Below, piece after piece: positions 49,157-63,362 of a stretch of DNA of 64,000 nucleotides (within the stretch, counting starts at the first letter, position 1; each line of letters begins with the position of its first letter). The translations under genes and the position numbers were made by a program. Location: NCBI RefSeq assembly GCF_009914755.1, contig NC_060926.1; one strand, 5' to 3'. Under the pieces are notes generated by a model. The model ran no database searches, was not told the DNA's origin, and saw only the letters and a program-made list of their open reading frames with translations. The stretch comes from the human T2T-CHM13v2.0 reference genome, Homo sapiens.

Positions 49157-50745
49157 GCCCTGGGGCTCTACAATCAGTAGGTGGCAAAGCCAGCCAAGAC
49201 TGTGTTCTTCCCTTCAGGACCGCGTGTGCCCCCAGGCCCCAAGTGCCATCAGGGAGCCAGGACTAGAGTCACAAACCTTAGAAACCTACATAGTGTCCTC
49301 TGTTGTACTGCAGCTAAGCTGGCAGTGAAACTGTAAGATGCAGTCCTTCCTACTCTTCTCTCCTAAAGATAGAGGAGCTGCACTGCATGGCCACTGCCAC
49401 CACAGGCCCACGGGGAGTACTGCCAGGCTACTGCCGATGTTCTCTTAAGGCCCAAGAGCTCTTAAGTCAGCCTGTGGTGAATGCTGCTTGGCCTAGGACT
49501 CACCCATGAGGGCAGTGGGCTCTCTTCTAGCTCAGGACAGGTTAAAAAATGCCATCTGAGAACCAAGTCCTAGAAATGGGGTCACCAAGAGCCTGCTTGG
49601 TGCTACTCTCCTGTGGCAGAGCTAGTACTTAAGGTACAAGACAAAGTCCCATTTACTTTTCAATCCACTTTTCTCAAGAATAAGGGGTCTCCCCCATAGC
49701 CACCATGTCTGGGAATGTGCTGAGTCTAACTTGAAGCAAGCCTCAGAGTCCCACTCAAGACCTACCATGAGTATTGCTGCTGGTTATTCAGGGCCCAAGG
49801 ATCTTCAGCTAGCAGGTGATGTATTCTGCCATGACTGGATGCTTCCCTTCAAAGCAGCAGGTTCCCCTGTGGTCCAGAGTATGTCTAGAATTATTATCCA
49901 AGATCTAGGGGCCTGAAAAAAGGACCTCACCACTCTAACCAGTGCCACATTCTGCTGTGGCTGCGCTGGAATACAAAGTCTTCCCCAGTCTTCCCTCTCC
50001 TCTTCTCAAGTGAAAGGAAGGAGTCTCTTTTGGAGCCATCAGCTGTGCAGCCTGGGGTTTAGGTGGGGAGTGGTGCCATCCCTCCCCTAGATACCACAGC
50101 TGGTGTTTCAGTAGGTTGTGTCCACCTCACCCCAGTTAACTGACTCTGAGCCCAGTTTAGCACTAGGACTTGCCTAGGAGTTACAGTCCTTGTGACCTAG
50201 ACTGCCTTTCTAGTTTACTTAGCCCCAGAGCACTCCAGTCCAATGTGTCAATGTTTACTGGAACTTAAGTTCCCTGCTAGAATGGGCAATTCCCCTCTGG
50301 CTAGGGTTAGTTTAAATAGTCTTCCCATGGGAAGATGTCCACTGAGTTTGTTCCAATTTTGGTTTCTGCAATAACAGGGAAACACTGAGTTCAATACATT
50401 TTCTCAAAATTGCTGTGCTCTCCCTCTCCAAAGCACACAGCTTTTCTCTTCATGTTGCATGGCCATTGATTGCCAAGGGATTGGAGAGGGGTGGCATAGG
50501 AAATTCAAGACTGTTTTCCTACCTTTTCAGTGCCTCTTTTAGTGATATAAAATTAAAACCAGATATTGTGAGTGCTCACCTGATTTTTGGTTCTTATGAA
50601 GGTGTTTTTTTTTGTTTGTTTTTGGGTTTGTGTGTGTGTGTGTGTGTGTGTCTGTGTGTGTGTGTAGATAGTTGTTAAATTGGTGTCCTTGCAGGGGAGT
50701 GATTGGTGGAGCCTTCTATTCTTCCGTCTTGCTCCACCACTCTCC
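49157..50745 (-). mobile_element. Isolated L1M/L1MA 5'UTR fragment, with (TG)n at ~50628-50665
   Basis: Clearly homologous to 18.1-19.2 kb (gggagccagggactagagtca, gggcagtgggctc, caagacaaagtcc, gctcacctgat..ttggttc). Confidence 0.85.
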
Positions 50746-51339
50746 CATTAATTTGCTTTAGTGCTGATTGGGGCATACGTGATTTACTAAGAAATATATT
50801 TATACTGAATAAAATGTTTAGCTCACAAAATTACTAGTGTTTATAAAATAATAATTTACTATTGCTCACTCTCATTTCTTTTGAAAACCTTTAGAAGACT
50901 GTTTTTTCTGATCAATAACATGAGGAAATATTTGTTTAGTTGTTTCGAGATTATGAGATTTCAAGCTTTACCAAATGAAAGTTTCTTGTCAGAATGGTAT
51001 TAACATTTGTGGTATAAGAATATTACTAGGAAAATGAAAAAAAGTGACAAAAATGATGCATTGAGGACACTGAAACACTCTACCTCACACAAATCACACC
51101 TGACATCACTTATTTATGCAATTTGTTTGATTTCTTTAATTCTACACAAAATAAGTTATAACATTGAATTTAACATATATTTACTTTTGTTTTAAAAGCA
51201 TATGATAAATTTCTTAAATTCACATAAAAATCTCTATCAGACAGTAGAAGTCAATAATGTGATACCAAAGATACTGAAAAAACTGATGCAATGTTTCATA
51301 TTTTTAAAGAAATATCAGCCTGGAAAGTCTGGAAGGGGT

Positions 51340-51772
51340 GACTAGTCACTCCATCAAATGCAGGACATCAATGCAAGTCAATGAGAAACATGAAAAGTAA
51401 ACAAGGAAACAGTACCAATAAAATAACACAATTTTTTCTCATGACAGACCACAAAGAAACGGAAATCTATGAGTTACTTAAATAATTCAAAATAATCATT
51501 TTAAGAATGCTCAGCAAATTTCAAGAGAAAATGGAAACAATCCAAATCAGAAATACAGTTCCTAAAAAACAATAACTTTAACAGAGCAATGAAAATCATA
51601 AAAAAATAAATCCTAGAGCTGAAAAATACAGTGAGTTAAATGAAAAATGCAACAGATAACATTAATAGCAAACTTTGTTAAGGAGAAGAAAGAACATGTG
51701 AACTAGAGTCAGATAAGAATTAAGAAAAAAAAAAAAAAACAAAAAGGAATAAAGAAACTCTACAAGATTTAT
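51340..51772 (+). mobile_element. Old L1M ORF1 fragment
   Basis: acagaccacaaagaaacggaaatctatgag...aattcaaaataatcattttaag...ctagagctgaaaaatacag. Confidence 0.7.
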
Positions 51773-51773
51773 G

Positions 51774-52019
<246 letters not shown>

Positions 52020-52029
52020 GAGAGAGAAT

Positions 52030-52165
52030 TCTAAATTTTCTCACCATAAGAAATGTTAAGTATGTGATGTGATGTGATGTGATGGCTGTGTTAATTATGT
52101 TGTAATTCCACAATGTATGCATATAACAGAACATGTTGTACATCATAAATATGCACAATATTTTT
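52030..52165 (+). mobile_element. Old L1M 3' end fragment
   Basis: ttctcaccataagaaatgttaagtatgtga...ttccacaatgtatgcatata...catcataaatat. Confidence 0.6.
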
Positions 52166-53487
52166 TCTTAAAAGTTGATACCTTGTTATTCCCCACTGAA
52201 TCGTGAGTGACACAGGCTCAACCTACTGACACACTCTGATATGCAAGAAAGGAAATCTGGAATTTATTTAAATAGAACAGATTGCTTGTTCATTCACATG
52301 GTCTATTTTTACGTTTTTTTCACTTGTAGCCAAGGATATATTTTGCTATTTTTGTCAAAGACTTCTTAATAAAATCCACCTTGCTCTTTCTGCCAGTTAT
52401 GCATTGAATGTTATGGAAAACAAAATATTCCCTCAATTGTATGTTCCCTTAGTAGTTTAGGACTATCCCATATAAAATATTTTCTCAGACAGCCCATCTT
52501 AAATAGATGATATAATGTAAAAAGAGAGTGGGTAACCTTTGGCTCTGCTGTCTTCTTGTGGAAAAACATATTGAAGAATTTATCTCCCATATTATTACCA
52601 CCTCTTGGCAATATACCACTTACTTCAGAGAATTTCAGAGCTCAAACATCCTTGGGAATTATCCACTCCAGCCTTGTCAAAATAGTGTGAACACTGAGAC
52701 AATGTTTCTACAAAGATTCATTCAATTTATGCTTGATTACATACCAGAACAGGTTCTTCAGTTCTTCAATAAGCAGTCAAACTTTTTGATAAATCATCCT
52801 TATAATAAAGTGCAATGTATTTTCCTGGAACTTTGACCCAATTCTATTGTCTAAACCAACAATGAACAAATGCACCTAGTTCTTCTGCATGACATTCTTA
52901 GAGATCCTTGTACATAGACAGCAGTTCTTTCAAAGTTCATCTACGTGTTAATTATTTATTGTCCTTTTACATTTGATTTTAATAACACTCCCCATCCTGT
53001 TAACTTTATGTGACTGTAATCTATCACGTGAGAGCCGCTCTTAAAATATTGCAAGAAGTGGGCACATAATTCCACCATGTAAGATTTAGTTCAGGCAGGA
53101 ATTATTTTTAGTAATCTGATCAATTTGACACTTTTAATGCAGTTCAGCATGCTATTTCCATTTTGAACATTTTTGAAATCATGTCAAATTTAGGGATATA
53201 TGGTTAATACTACCAGGTTCATTGCATATTAAATGCTATTTCTTTAAAAAATTATTACTTTTTGGCTCAATTAAAAATATTCCCATCTGTTATTGACAAA
53301 TTTTACCTTAGATAGCTTTATCATTTCAAGCCTGTTGATGTCATTGTTAGCTGTAGAGGAATCATGTAATATATTCCTCTTGATTTTCTTATCTTCATCC
53401 TCTCTTTACCTTTTTTTCATTCTAAATGGTTTTACTGGGGTTTTCAATTGCACAATCCCACCCTTCTACCACAAGACTTTGTTTCTT

Positions 53488-54562
<1,075 letters not shown>

Positions 54563-54829
54563 TAGCATATATCCCGTCGTTTTATTCCTAGCTCAATTTC
54601 ATTCAATACAGATTGCCCTCCAACTAAGAATTCTAACTGTTTTGTATAACACTCAGTTTGACATCCACCAAAAAATTGATTACTAAAATTAAAAATTACT
54701 ATATATCCATCACAAATTAGAACACATGCACCAACTGCTTATGTAGGCTTTATTTTTCCTGAGAACTGTGTTAATCATTTAGACAAATAACTCTTATTTG
54801 TTTTCTGGGAATATAGTTTAAAAGCATAA

Positions 54830-57800
54830 TTTTTATTTTTTTAATTTTTGATTTTTGTGAATACATAGTATGTGTATATATTCATGTGGTACTTGAGATT
54901 TTTTATATAGGCATACAATGCAAAATAAGCACATCCCAGAGAATGGATTATCTGTCCCCTTAATCATTTATCCTTTGACTTAGAAACAATCCAATTACAC
55001 TCTTTAAGTTCTTTTAAAATGTACAATCAAATTATTATTGACTATAGTCACACTATTGTGCAATCAAATAGTAGGCCTTATTCAGTCTCTTTTTCTTGTA
55101 CCCATTAATTATCTCCACCTTCCCGACAGCACCTTACCACTTTTCCCAGCCTCTGGTAACCATCCTTCTATTCTCTATGTCCATGGGTTTAATTGTTTTA
55201 ATTTTTAGATTACCCAAATTAGTGAGAATATGTGATTTTTGTCTTTCTGTGCCTGGCTTGTTTCACTTAACCTAATGATTTTCAGTTCCAACCATGTTGT
55301 TGCACATAACTGGATTTCATTCTTTTTTATGGCTGAATAGTACTTCATTGTGTATAGGTACCACGTTTTCATAATTAATTCCACTGTTGATGGACACTTA
55401 GGCTGCTTCCAAATAGTAGCCATGTAAACAGTGCTGCAGAAAATATAGGAGTGCTGATATCTCTTTGATATATTGATTTCTTTTCTTTTGGGTATATACC
55501 CAGCAGTGGGATTACTGGATCATACGGAAAGTCAGTTTTTAGTTTTTTTTAGGAACCTCCAAACTTTTTCCCCCAATGGTTGTACTAATTTACATTCTCA
55601 CCAACAGTGAACAAGGGTTCCTTTTTCTCTATATCCTTGACAGCATTTGTTATTGCCTGTCTTTTGGATATAAGTCATTTTAACTGGGGTAAGATGATAT
55701 CTCATTGTAGTTTTGATTTGCATTTCTCTGATGATCAATGATGTTGAGCACTTTTCATATGCCTGTTTGCCATTTATATATCTTCTTTTGAGAAATATCT
55801 ATTCAAATATTTTGCCCATGTTTTCATCAGATTATTAATTTTTTTTCCCTGTAGAGTTGTTTGCATTCCTTATATAATTTGGTTATTAATCCCTTGTCAG
55901 AGAAGTAGTTTGCAAATATTTTCTCCCATTATATGGGTTGTCATTTCACTTTGTGGATTGTGTCCTTTGCTGTGTAGAATCTTTTTAACTTGATGTGATC
56001 TCATTTGTCCATTCTTGCTTTGGTTGGTTGCCTGTGCTGGTAGGTTATTGCTCAAGAAATTGTTGCCCAGATCGATATCCCGGAGAGTTCCCACATGTTT
56101 TTTTTGTAGTGTGTTTTGTTTTTTTTTTTTCATTTGAGGTCTCACATTTAAGTCCTTAAACCATTTTGATTGATTTTTGTACATGGTGAGAGATAGGAGT
56201 CTAGTTTCATTCTTCTTTATATGGACATCCAGTTTTCCGAAAAACATTTATTGAAGAGACTGTTTTTTTTCCAGTAGATGTTCTTGACACCTTTGTCAAA
56301 AATGAGTTCACTGTAAGTATGTGGATTTGTTTCAGTTCTCTGTTCTGTTCCACTGGTCTATGTTGCTGTTTTTATGCTAGTGCCATGCTCTTTTGGTTAC
56401 TAAAGCTTTGTAGCATAACTTAAAGTCAGGTAATGTTATTCTTTCAATTTTGTTCTTTTGCTCAGGATAGCTTTGATGATTCTGTGTCTTTTGGTTCCAT
56501 ATAAATTTGGGAGTTTTTTCTATTTCTGTGAAGAATGTCATTGGTATTTTGAAAGTAATTGCTTTGAATCTGTAGTTTACTTTGAGGAGTATAGAAATTT
56601 CAACAATATTGTTTCTTCCACTATATTAACATGGAATATCTTTTTATATCTTTTTATTTTTCGTGTCCTCTTTAATTTCTGTCATTAAAGTTTTATGGTT
56701 TTTGTTGTGGAGATTGCTCACTTCTTTGGTTAATTCCTAGGTATTTAAATTTATTTGTATTGTAAATGGGATTACATTTTAAATTTCTTTTTCAGATTTT
56801 TTAAAATTGGCATATAGAAATGCTGCTGATTTTTGTATCTTGGTTATGTATCCTGCAATTTGCTGAATTTTTCAGTTCTAATAGTTTTTCTGTGGAGTCT
56901 TTAGGATTTTCCAAATATAAGAGCATATCATCTGGAAACAAGGATAATTGGATTTCTTTCCTGCCCATTTGGATGCCCTTTATATATTGCTCTAGCTAGG
57001 ATTTCCAGTACTGTGTTGAATAACAGTGGTGAGGGTGGGCATCCTTGTCGTGTTCCGCAACTTAAAGGAAAGGCTTTCAGTTTTGGTTTTTTGTTTTTGT
57101 TTTTGCTTTTGTTTTTTCCATTTAGTATACTAGCTGTGGATCTTTTGTGTAAGGGTTTTATTATGTTGAAGTAGGTTCTTTCTATCCCCAGGTTTTTGAG
57201 GACCTTTATCATGAAGGGATGTTGAATTTTATTAAATGCCTTTTCATCACCAATTTAAATGACCATATGATTTTTATTCTTTATTCTGTTGATATTACAG
57301 ATATGATTGATTTGCATATATTGAACCATACTTGCATTCCAGGAATAAATCTCACTTTGTCATGATGAATAATCTTTCTAATATATTGTTGACTTCTGTT
57401 TAATAGTGTTTTGTTGAGGATTTCTGCATCAATATTGATCAAGGATATGGCCTGTAGTTTTCTCTTTTTGATGTATCTTTGTTAGGTTTGGGTATTAGGG
57501 TAATACTGGCCATATAGAATGAGTTTGAAAGTATTCCCTCCTCTATTTTTCAGAATAGTTGTAGTAGGATTGTTATTAGTTCTGTAAATGATAGGTAGAA
57601 TTAGCAGTGATGTCATCAGATCCTGGACTTTTCTTTACTGGGATAATTTTATTATGGCTTTGATCTTGTTACTTATTATTGTGCAATTCAGGTTTTGAAT
57701 TTCTTCATGGTTCAATCTTGGTAGGTTGTATGTGCCTAAGAATTAATCAATTTCTTGTAGACTTTCCAATTTGTTGGCATATAGTTGTTCATGGTGGCCA

Positions 57801-60335
57801 CTAATTTTTCTTTAAATTTCTACAGTATCCATTGTAATGTGTCCCTTTTTTATTTTTTATTTTATTTATTTGGATCTTGTTTCCTTTTTTCATAGCCTGG
57901 CTAAAGGTTTTTCAATTTTAACTATTCAAAAACCAACTTTTTGTTTTATCAAAATTTTGCATATTTTTAGAATTTAAATTTCATTTATTTCTGCTAGGAT
58001 CTTTATTATTTTTTTTTTCTTCTAGTAATTTTGGGTTTGGTTTTCTCACTTTTCTAGTTCTTTAAGATGCATTGTTAGATTGTACATTTGTTTTTCTCTT
58101 TTTTGATGTAGGCATTTATGAACTTTCCTCTTAGTACTCCATCTGTTATATCTCATAGGTTTTGGTATGTTGCATTTCCATTATCATTTCTTCTGAGAAA
58201 TTTTTCAGTTTCCTTCTTAATTTTTTCATTGACTCACTGGTCATTCAGGAGCATTTTTTAAAAAATTTTATGTATATGTATAGTTCCCAAAATTCCTCTT
58301 GTTATCAATTTCCAGTTGTATTTCTTTGTGTTCAGAGAAGATGCCTTATATTATTTCAAATTATTTGAATGTTTTAAGACTTGTTTTGTGACCTAACATA
58401 TGGTCTATCCTTGAGAATAATCCATGTACTGAGGAAAAGAATGTGTATTCTGCAGCTCTTGGATGAAATGCTTTGTACATATCTATTACATCCATTTGGT
58501 CTATAACACAGATGAAGTCCAATGTTTCTTTGTTTATTTTCTATCTCTAAGATTGGGCCAGTGCTGAAAGTGGGGTGTTAAAGTCTCCATCTATTATTGT
58601 ATTGGGGCCTAGCTCTCTTGTTAGCTCTAATAATATTTCTTTTATATATCTGGATGACCCAGTGTTGGGTGCATATACATTTAAAAATGTTATATCTCAT
58701 GTTGAACAGATCCCTTTATTATTATATACTGACAGTCTATGTCTGTTCTTATAGTTTTGGTCTTAAAATCTATTTTGTCTTATTTAAGTATAGCGACTCC
58801 TGCTCTTGGTTTCCATTGACATGAAATACTTTTTCCGCCCCTTTATTGTCAGTCTATGTGTGATTTTATAAGTAAAATGTGTTTCTTTTAGGCAACAGAT
58901 CTGTAGGTCTTGTTTGTTTTTTTTTTTATCAATTCAGCCACTTTATGTCTTTTCATTGGAATGTTTAGACCATTTACATCAATGTTATTATTGATAAGTA
59001 AGGACTCACTCATGCCATTTGTTATTTCTTTTTCCAGTTGTTTGATTATCTTCTTTCTTTTGTTTTGTCTTTCTCTAGTGAAGGTGATTTTTTTGCTGGT
59101 GATATAATTTAGCTTTCTGCTTTTTATTTTTTTGTGTATTCACTGTATTTTTTTGGTTGAAGTTGCCATAATGCTTGAAAATATTATAACCCATTATTTT
59201 AGCCTGATAACAACACTATTTGCATAAAAAAAGCTAATAAGAACTCTATGCCGTAACTTCATCTCCCCCACTTTTTAACTTTTTATTTTTTCTATTTATA
59301 CTTATTGTAATATGTCTTGAAAAGTTGTTGTAGTTACTATTTTTAATTGGTTCAATATTTTGTCTTTCATTTTTGTCTTTCTACTTACGTTATGAGTAGT
59401 TTACACACCACAGTTGCAGTGTTATAATATACTGTGTTTTTCTGTGAACTTACTTTTACCAGTGAGTTTTGTACCTTCAAGTGATTATTTATTGCTCATT
59501 AGTGTCCTTTTCTTTATGGTTGAAGTACTCCCTTCAGCATTCCTTGTAGGAGATATCTGGTGTTGATGAAACTCCTCAGCTTTTTTTCAGCTGGGAAAGT
59601 CTTTATTTCTCCTTAATGTTTGAAGAATATTTTCTCTGGATATCCTATTCTAGGGTGATAGTTTTTGTTTCGTTTTCTTTCCCCTGCAGCCCTTTAAATA
59701 TGTCACGCCACTGTCTCCTAGCCTGAAATATTTCCACTGAAAAATCTCTTGCCAGACTTATAGGAGCTCCATTGATTATTTTCTCTTGGTGCTTTTAGGA
59801 TCCTCTCTTTATTCTTGACCTTTGGGAGTTTACTTACTAAATGCTTTGAGGTAGTCTTCTTTAGGTTAAACCTGCTTGGTGTTCTGTAATGTTCTCGTAT
59901 GTGAATACTGATATCTTTCTCTAGGTTTGGGATGATCTACCCCTATCTCTTTCTATAACTACTTTTTAAGACAAATAACTCTTAGATTTGCCCCTTTGAG
60001 GTTATTTCTAGATCTTATAGACATGTTTGATTGTTTTATATTCTTTTATATTTTGTCTCCTCTGAGTGTGTATGTTCAAATAGCCTATCTTCAAGCTCAC
60101 TAATTCTTTCTCCTTCTTGATCAATTCTGCTATTACATTACTCTGATGCATTCTTTAGTATGTGTATTTCATTTTTCAGCTCCCTAATTTCTGGATTATT
60201 TTTAATTATTTCAATCTCTTTGTTGAATATATCTGATACTATTCCAACTCCTCTGTGTTATCATAAATTTCTCTGAGTTTCCTCAACACAGCTATTTTGA
60301 ATTTTCTGTCTGAAATGTCACATATCTCTGTTTTA
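54830..60335 (-). mobile_element. L1MA (L1MA1-2-like), 3'UTR through ORF2 into ORF1, 5' end missing
   Basis: T-tail, L1MA 3'UTR, antisense ORF2 peptides (ATIWKQPKCPST; [22 protein letters not shown]); colinear with the 11.9-17.7 kb element. Confidence 0.9.
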
Positions 60336-61266
60336 GGATGTCGATTTGAGATCTTTCTAGCTTTTTGATGTGGGCATTTAGTGCTATAAATTTTCCTCTT
60401 AACAGTACTTTAGCTGCATCCCAGAGATTCTGGTACATTCTCTCTTTGTTCTCATTAATTTCAAAGCATTTCTTGATTTCTGCCTTAATTTTCTATTTAC
60501 CCAGGAGTCATTTAGAAGCAGGTTGTTCAATTTCCATTTAGTTGTGTAGCTTTGAGTGAGTTTCTTAATTATGAGTTCTAATTTGATTGTGCTATTGTCT
60601 GAGAGACTCTTTGTTATCATTTCAATTCTTTTGCATTTGTTGAGGAGTATTTTACTTCCAATTATGTGATCAATTTTAGAGTAGGTGCCATTTGGCACCA
60701 AGAAAAATGTATATTCTGCTGTTCTGGGTTGAGAGTTCTGTAGATATCTATCAGTTCTACTTTATCCAGAGTTGAGTTCAAGTACTAAATATTCTTGTTA
60801 ATTTTCTGTTTTGATGATCTGTCTAATGTTGGCAGTGGGGTGTTAAAGTTTCCCACGATGATTGTGTGGTAATCTAAGTCTCTTTGCAGGTTTTAAGAAG
60901 TCATTTTACGAATCTGGGGGTTCCTGTATTGGGTGCATATATACTTAGGATAGTTTGCTCTTCTTGTTGAATTGAACACTTTGCCATTATGTGAAGCCCT
61001 TCTTTGTATTTTTTTTTTACTTTGTTAGTTTAAAGTCTGTTTTGTAGAAACTAGGATTGCAAGCTCTGCTTTTTTCTACTTTTCACTTGCTTGGTAAAGT
61101 TTCCTTTATCCCTTTATTTTGAGCATATGTGGGTCTCTGCTTGTGAGATGGGTCCTTTGAATACAGCACACTAATAGGTCTTGTCTTTTTAGAGCTTGCC
61201 ATTCTGTGTCTTTTAATTGGAACAGTTAGCCCATTTACATTTAAGGTTAATATTGTTATGTGTGAA
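60336..61266 (-). mobile_element. L1PA/PB ORF2 endonuclease-domain fragment
   Basis: ORFs 60399-60701 (GTYSKIDHIIGSK..LSDNSTIKLEL) and 61083-61343 (SHITILTLNVNGL..PIKRHR). Confidence 0.9.
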
Positions 61267-61704
61267 GCAGTGTTAATATAAATTATTTTTTCCTTAAAAG
61301 TATAGGTATAGAATATATAATCTTTTATAAAATAACTGTGCATTTATAAAATGACTGTGCATTCTGGTAAAGTATTATTGACTTGTTGTCCATGAATATG
61401 CTCAGGTGAAAATTTTTATATAATCAAGAATTTAGTGCAGAATCTTTATTTCTACAGAACAAGTACATTAAAATAATTTCATTCTTGTTAGCATAACATG
61501 TTTTATTAATTTTAAAACACTATACAATTTATAGAGAAAATTGTAATGGTCAAACAGATATTATTAAAGTCACCAAACATGTTGTTATATTAAAAGTAGA
61601 TAACTATGCTTTAAAAAAGCAATGACAGTAGAATTTAGAATAATAAAGTTATCTTTCAAACTGATTTATATTAAGGCCTGATGTATTTTGCAAATAATTA
61701 AGCA

Positions 61705-61779
<75 letters not shown>
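61705..61779. repeat. Compound microsatellite (TG)5(TA)25(CA)7
   Basis: Read directly from the sequence. Confidence 0.97.
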
Positions 61780-62044
61780 TTAATATATTAATATATAAAG
61801 GGTAATATGTTCTAAAATGTATAAAAATATTATACTACAGTATAACGATCATACTTGATACATTCATTGTTGCTGTGGAAATTTTTTTGAATTTATAATA
61901 CATACTCTGTGCACATCATACTTTGATTTTTTTAGGTCATTTGGTCTTTTACTAGTGAATTGTGTCTTCTCTGCACAGATAAGTCAACAACATAATTTCT
62001 ATGATTTCCGTATAATTAAAATTGTAAAAATGAAGTTAATTATT

Positions 62045-62654
62045 ATGGTAGGCAGAATTCTAAGATGGCCCTCATAATTTTTGCTCCTTTAAGCCCCTGA
62101 TTATGTTATATTACATGGCAAAGGGATTGTGCAAATGTAATTAAGTTTCAGTTGACTTTGAGTTAATAAAAAGAGAGATTATCCAGGTGGGTCTAACCTA
62201 GTCAGTCACATGAGCCCTTCAAAAGCAGTTTTCTGTGGCTGTTTTAGGAGAAGTCAGAGAGATTCAAATAATGAGAATTCAATTGAAGGAAGGTTTTCTA
62301 TTGCTGTGAGAGCAGAGGCCACAGGGCAAAGATCTAACAGTGACCTTAGAGGCAAAGGTGCTCCCTAGCTGTCAATCTGCAAGAACATAAAGACATCAGT
62401 CCTATGACTATAAAGTAATAAATTCTGCTAACGACCTGAAGAAAAAAACCTGGAAGTAATGTTTTCCAAAACCTCAAGGTGAGAACTCAGACAAGCTAAT
62501 ACCTTGTTGTCAGTCTTGTGATACCCTGAACAGAGAACCCAGTCATATACTACCTGAAATCCTGACCTACTGAAACTCTGAGATATTAAACAGGTGTTAC
62601 TTAAATTTTCTAAATTTATGTTAATTTGTTAAGCAGCAGAAGACAACCAATATA
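62045..62654 (+). mobile_element. MLT1E-type MaLR solo LTR
   Basis: tatggtaggcagaattctaagatggccc...ttacatggcaaagggatt...aatcctgacctac...taatttgttaagcagca...aatata. Confidence 0.82.
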
Positions 62655-62749
62655 ATTCGTAAAATTTGCTTGATAGGTCGATGAAACCTCCTAACCCTTT
62701 CAATGAGACAGTTTTAAGAACACTGACAAGACAAGTAGGCTGGTTTATA

Positions 62750-62806
62750 TTAGGTTGTGCAAAAGTAATTGCGGTTTTTGCCATTATCTTTCATGTACCA
62801 ACATAA
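62750..62806. mobile_element. MADE1 (Hsmar1 MITE), internally deleted
   Basis: ttaggttgtgcaaaagtaattgcggtttttgccatta...tgtaccaacataa flanked by TA (62748-62749 / 62807-62808). Confidence 0.9.
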
Positions 62807-62809
62807 TAG

Positions 62810-63167
62810 CAGGGATCCCCAACCCCTGGACAGCAGACCAGTACCAGTCCTGTCTGTGGCCTGCTAGGAACAGGGGCGCACAGTGGGAGGTAAGTGGCCC
62901 TGAGCGAACATTACTGACTGAGCTCCACCTGTTGTCAGATTAGTGGCTGAACTCCACTTCCTATCAGATCAGCTGCAGCATTAGATTCTCATAGGAGCGC
63001 AAACCCTATGGTGAACTGCACATGCAAGGGACTTAGGTTGCATGCTCCTTATGAGAACCTAACTAATGTCTGATGATCTGAGGTGGAACAGTTTCATCCT
63101 GAAACCTCCCCTACCCCCACTGTCCGTGAAAAATTTGTTTTTGCCATGAAACCCATCTCTGATGCCA
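62810..63167 (+). mobile_element. MER1B (hAT-Charlie3 MITE) lacking its right TIR
   Basis: cagggatccccaacccc...gcattagattctcataggagcgcaaaccctat...gctccttatgagaa...gatgatctgaggtggaacagtttcatcc...catgaaacc. Confidence 0.9.
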
Positions 63168-63362
63168 CTCATCTCCTGCTGTGCATCCAGCAATAGAAGA
63201 TAATAGGCCACAGACTGGACTGGCACTGGTCTCCTTCCCCCAGGGTTGGGAACCCCTGCTATAAACCAGCCTACTTGTCTTGTCAGTCCTCTTAAACATA
63301 TCTCACTGAAAGTGTTAGGAGGCTTCATCAACCTATCAAGTAAATTTTACTACTTGTACTGG
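63164..63362 (-). repeat. Inverted duplicate of the MER1B left end plus its left flank (right arm of a fold-back)
   Basis: Reverse complement aligns to ~62647-62898 once the MADE1 is removed. Confidence 0.9.
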
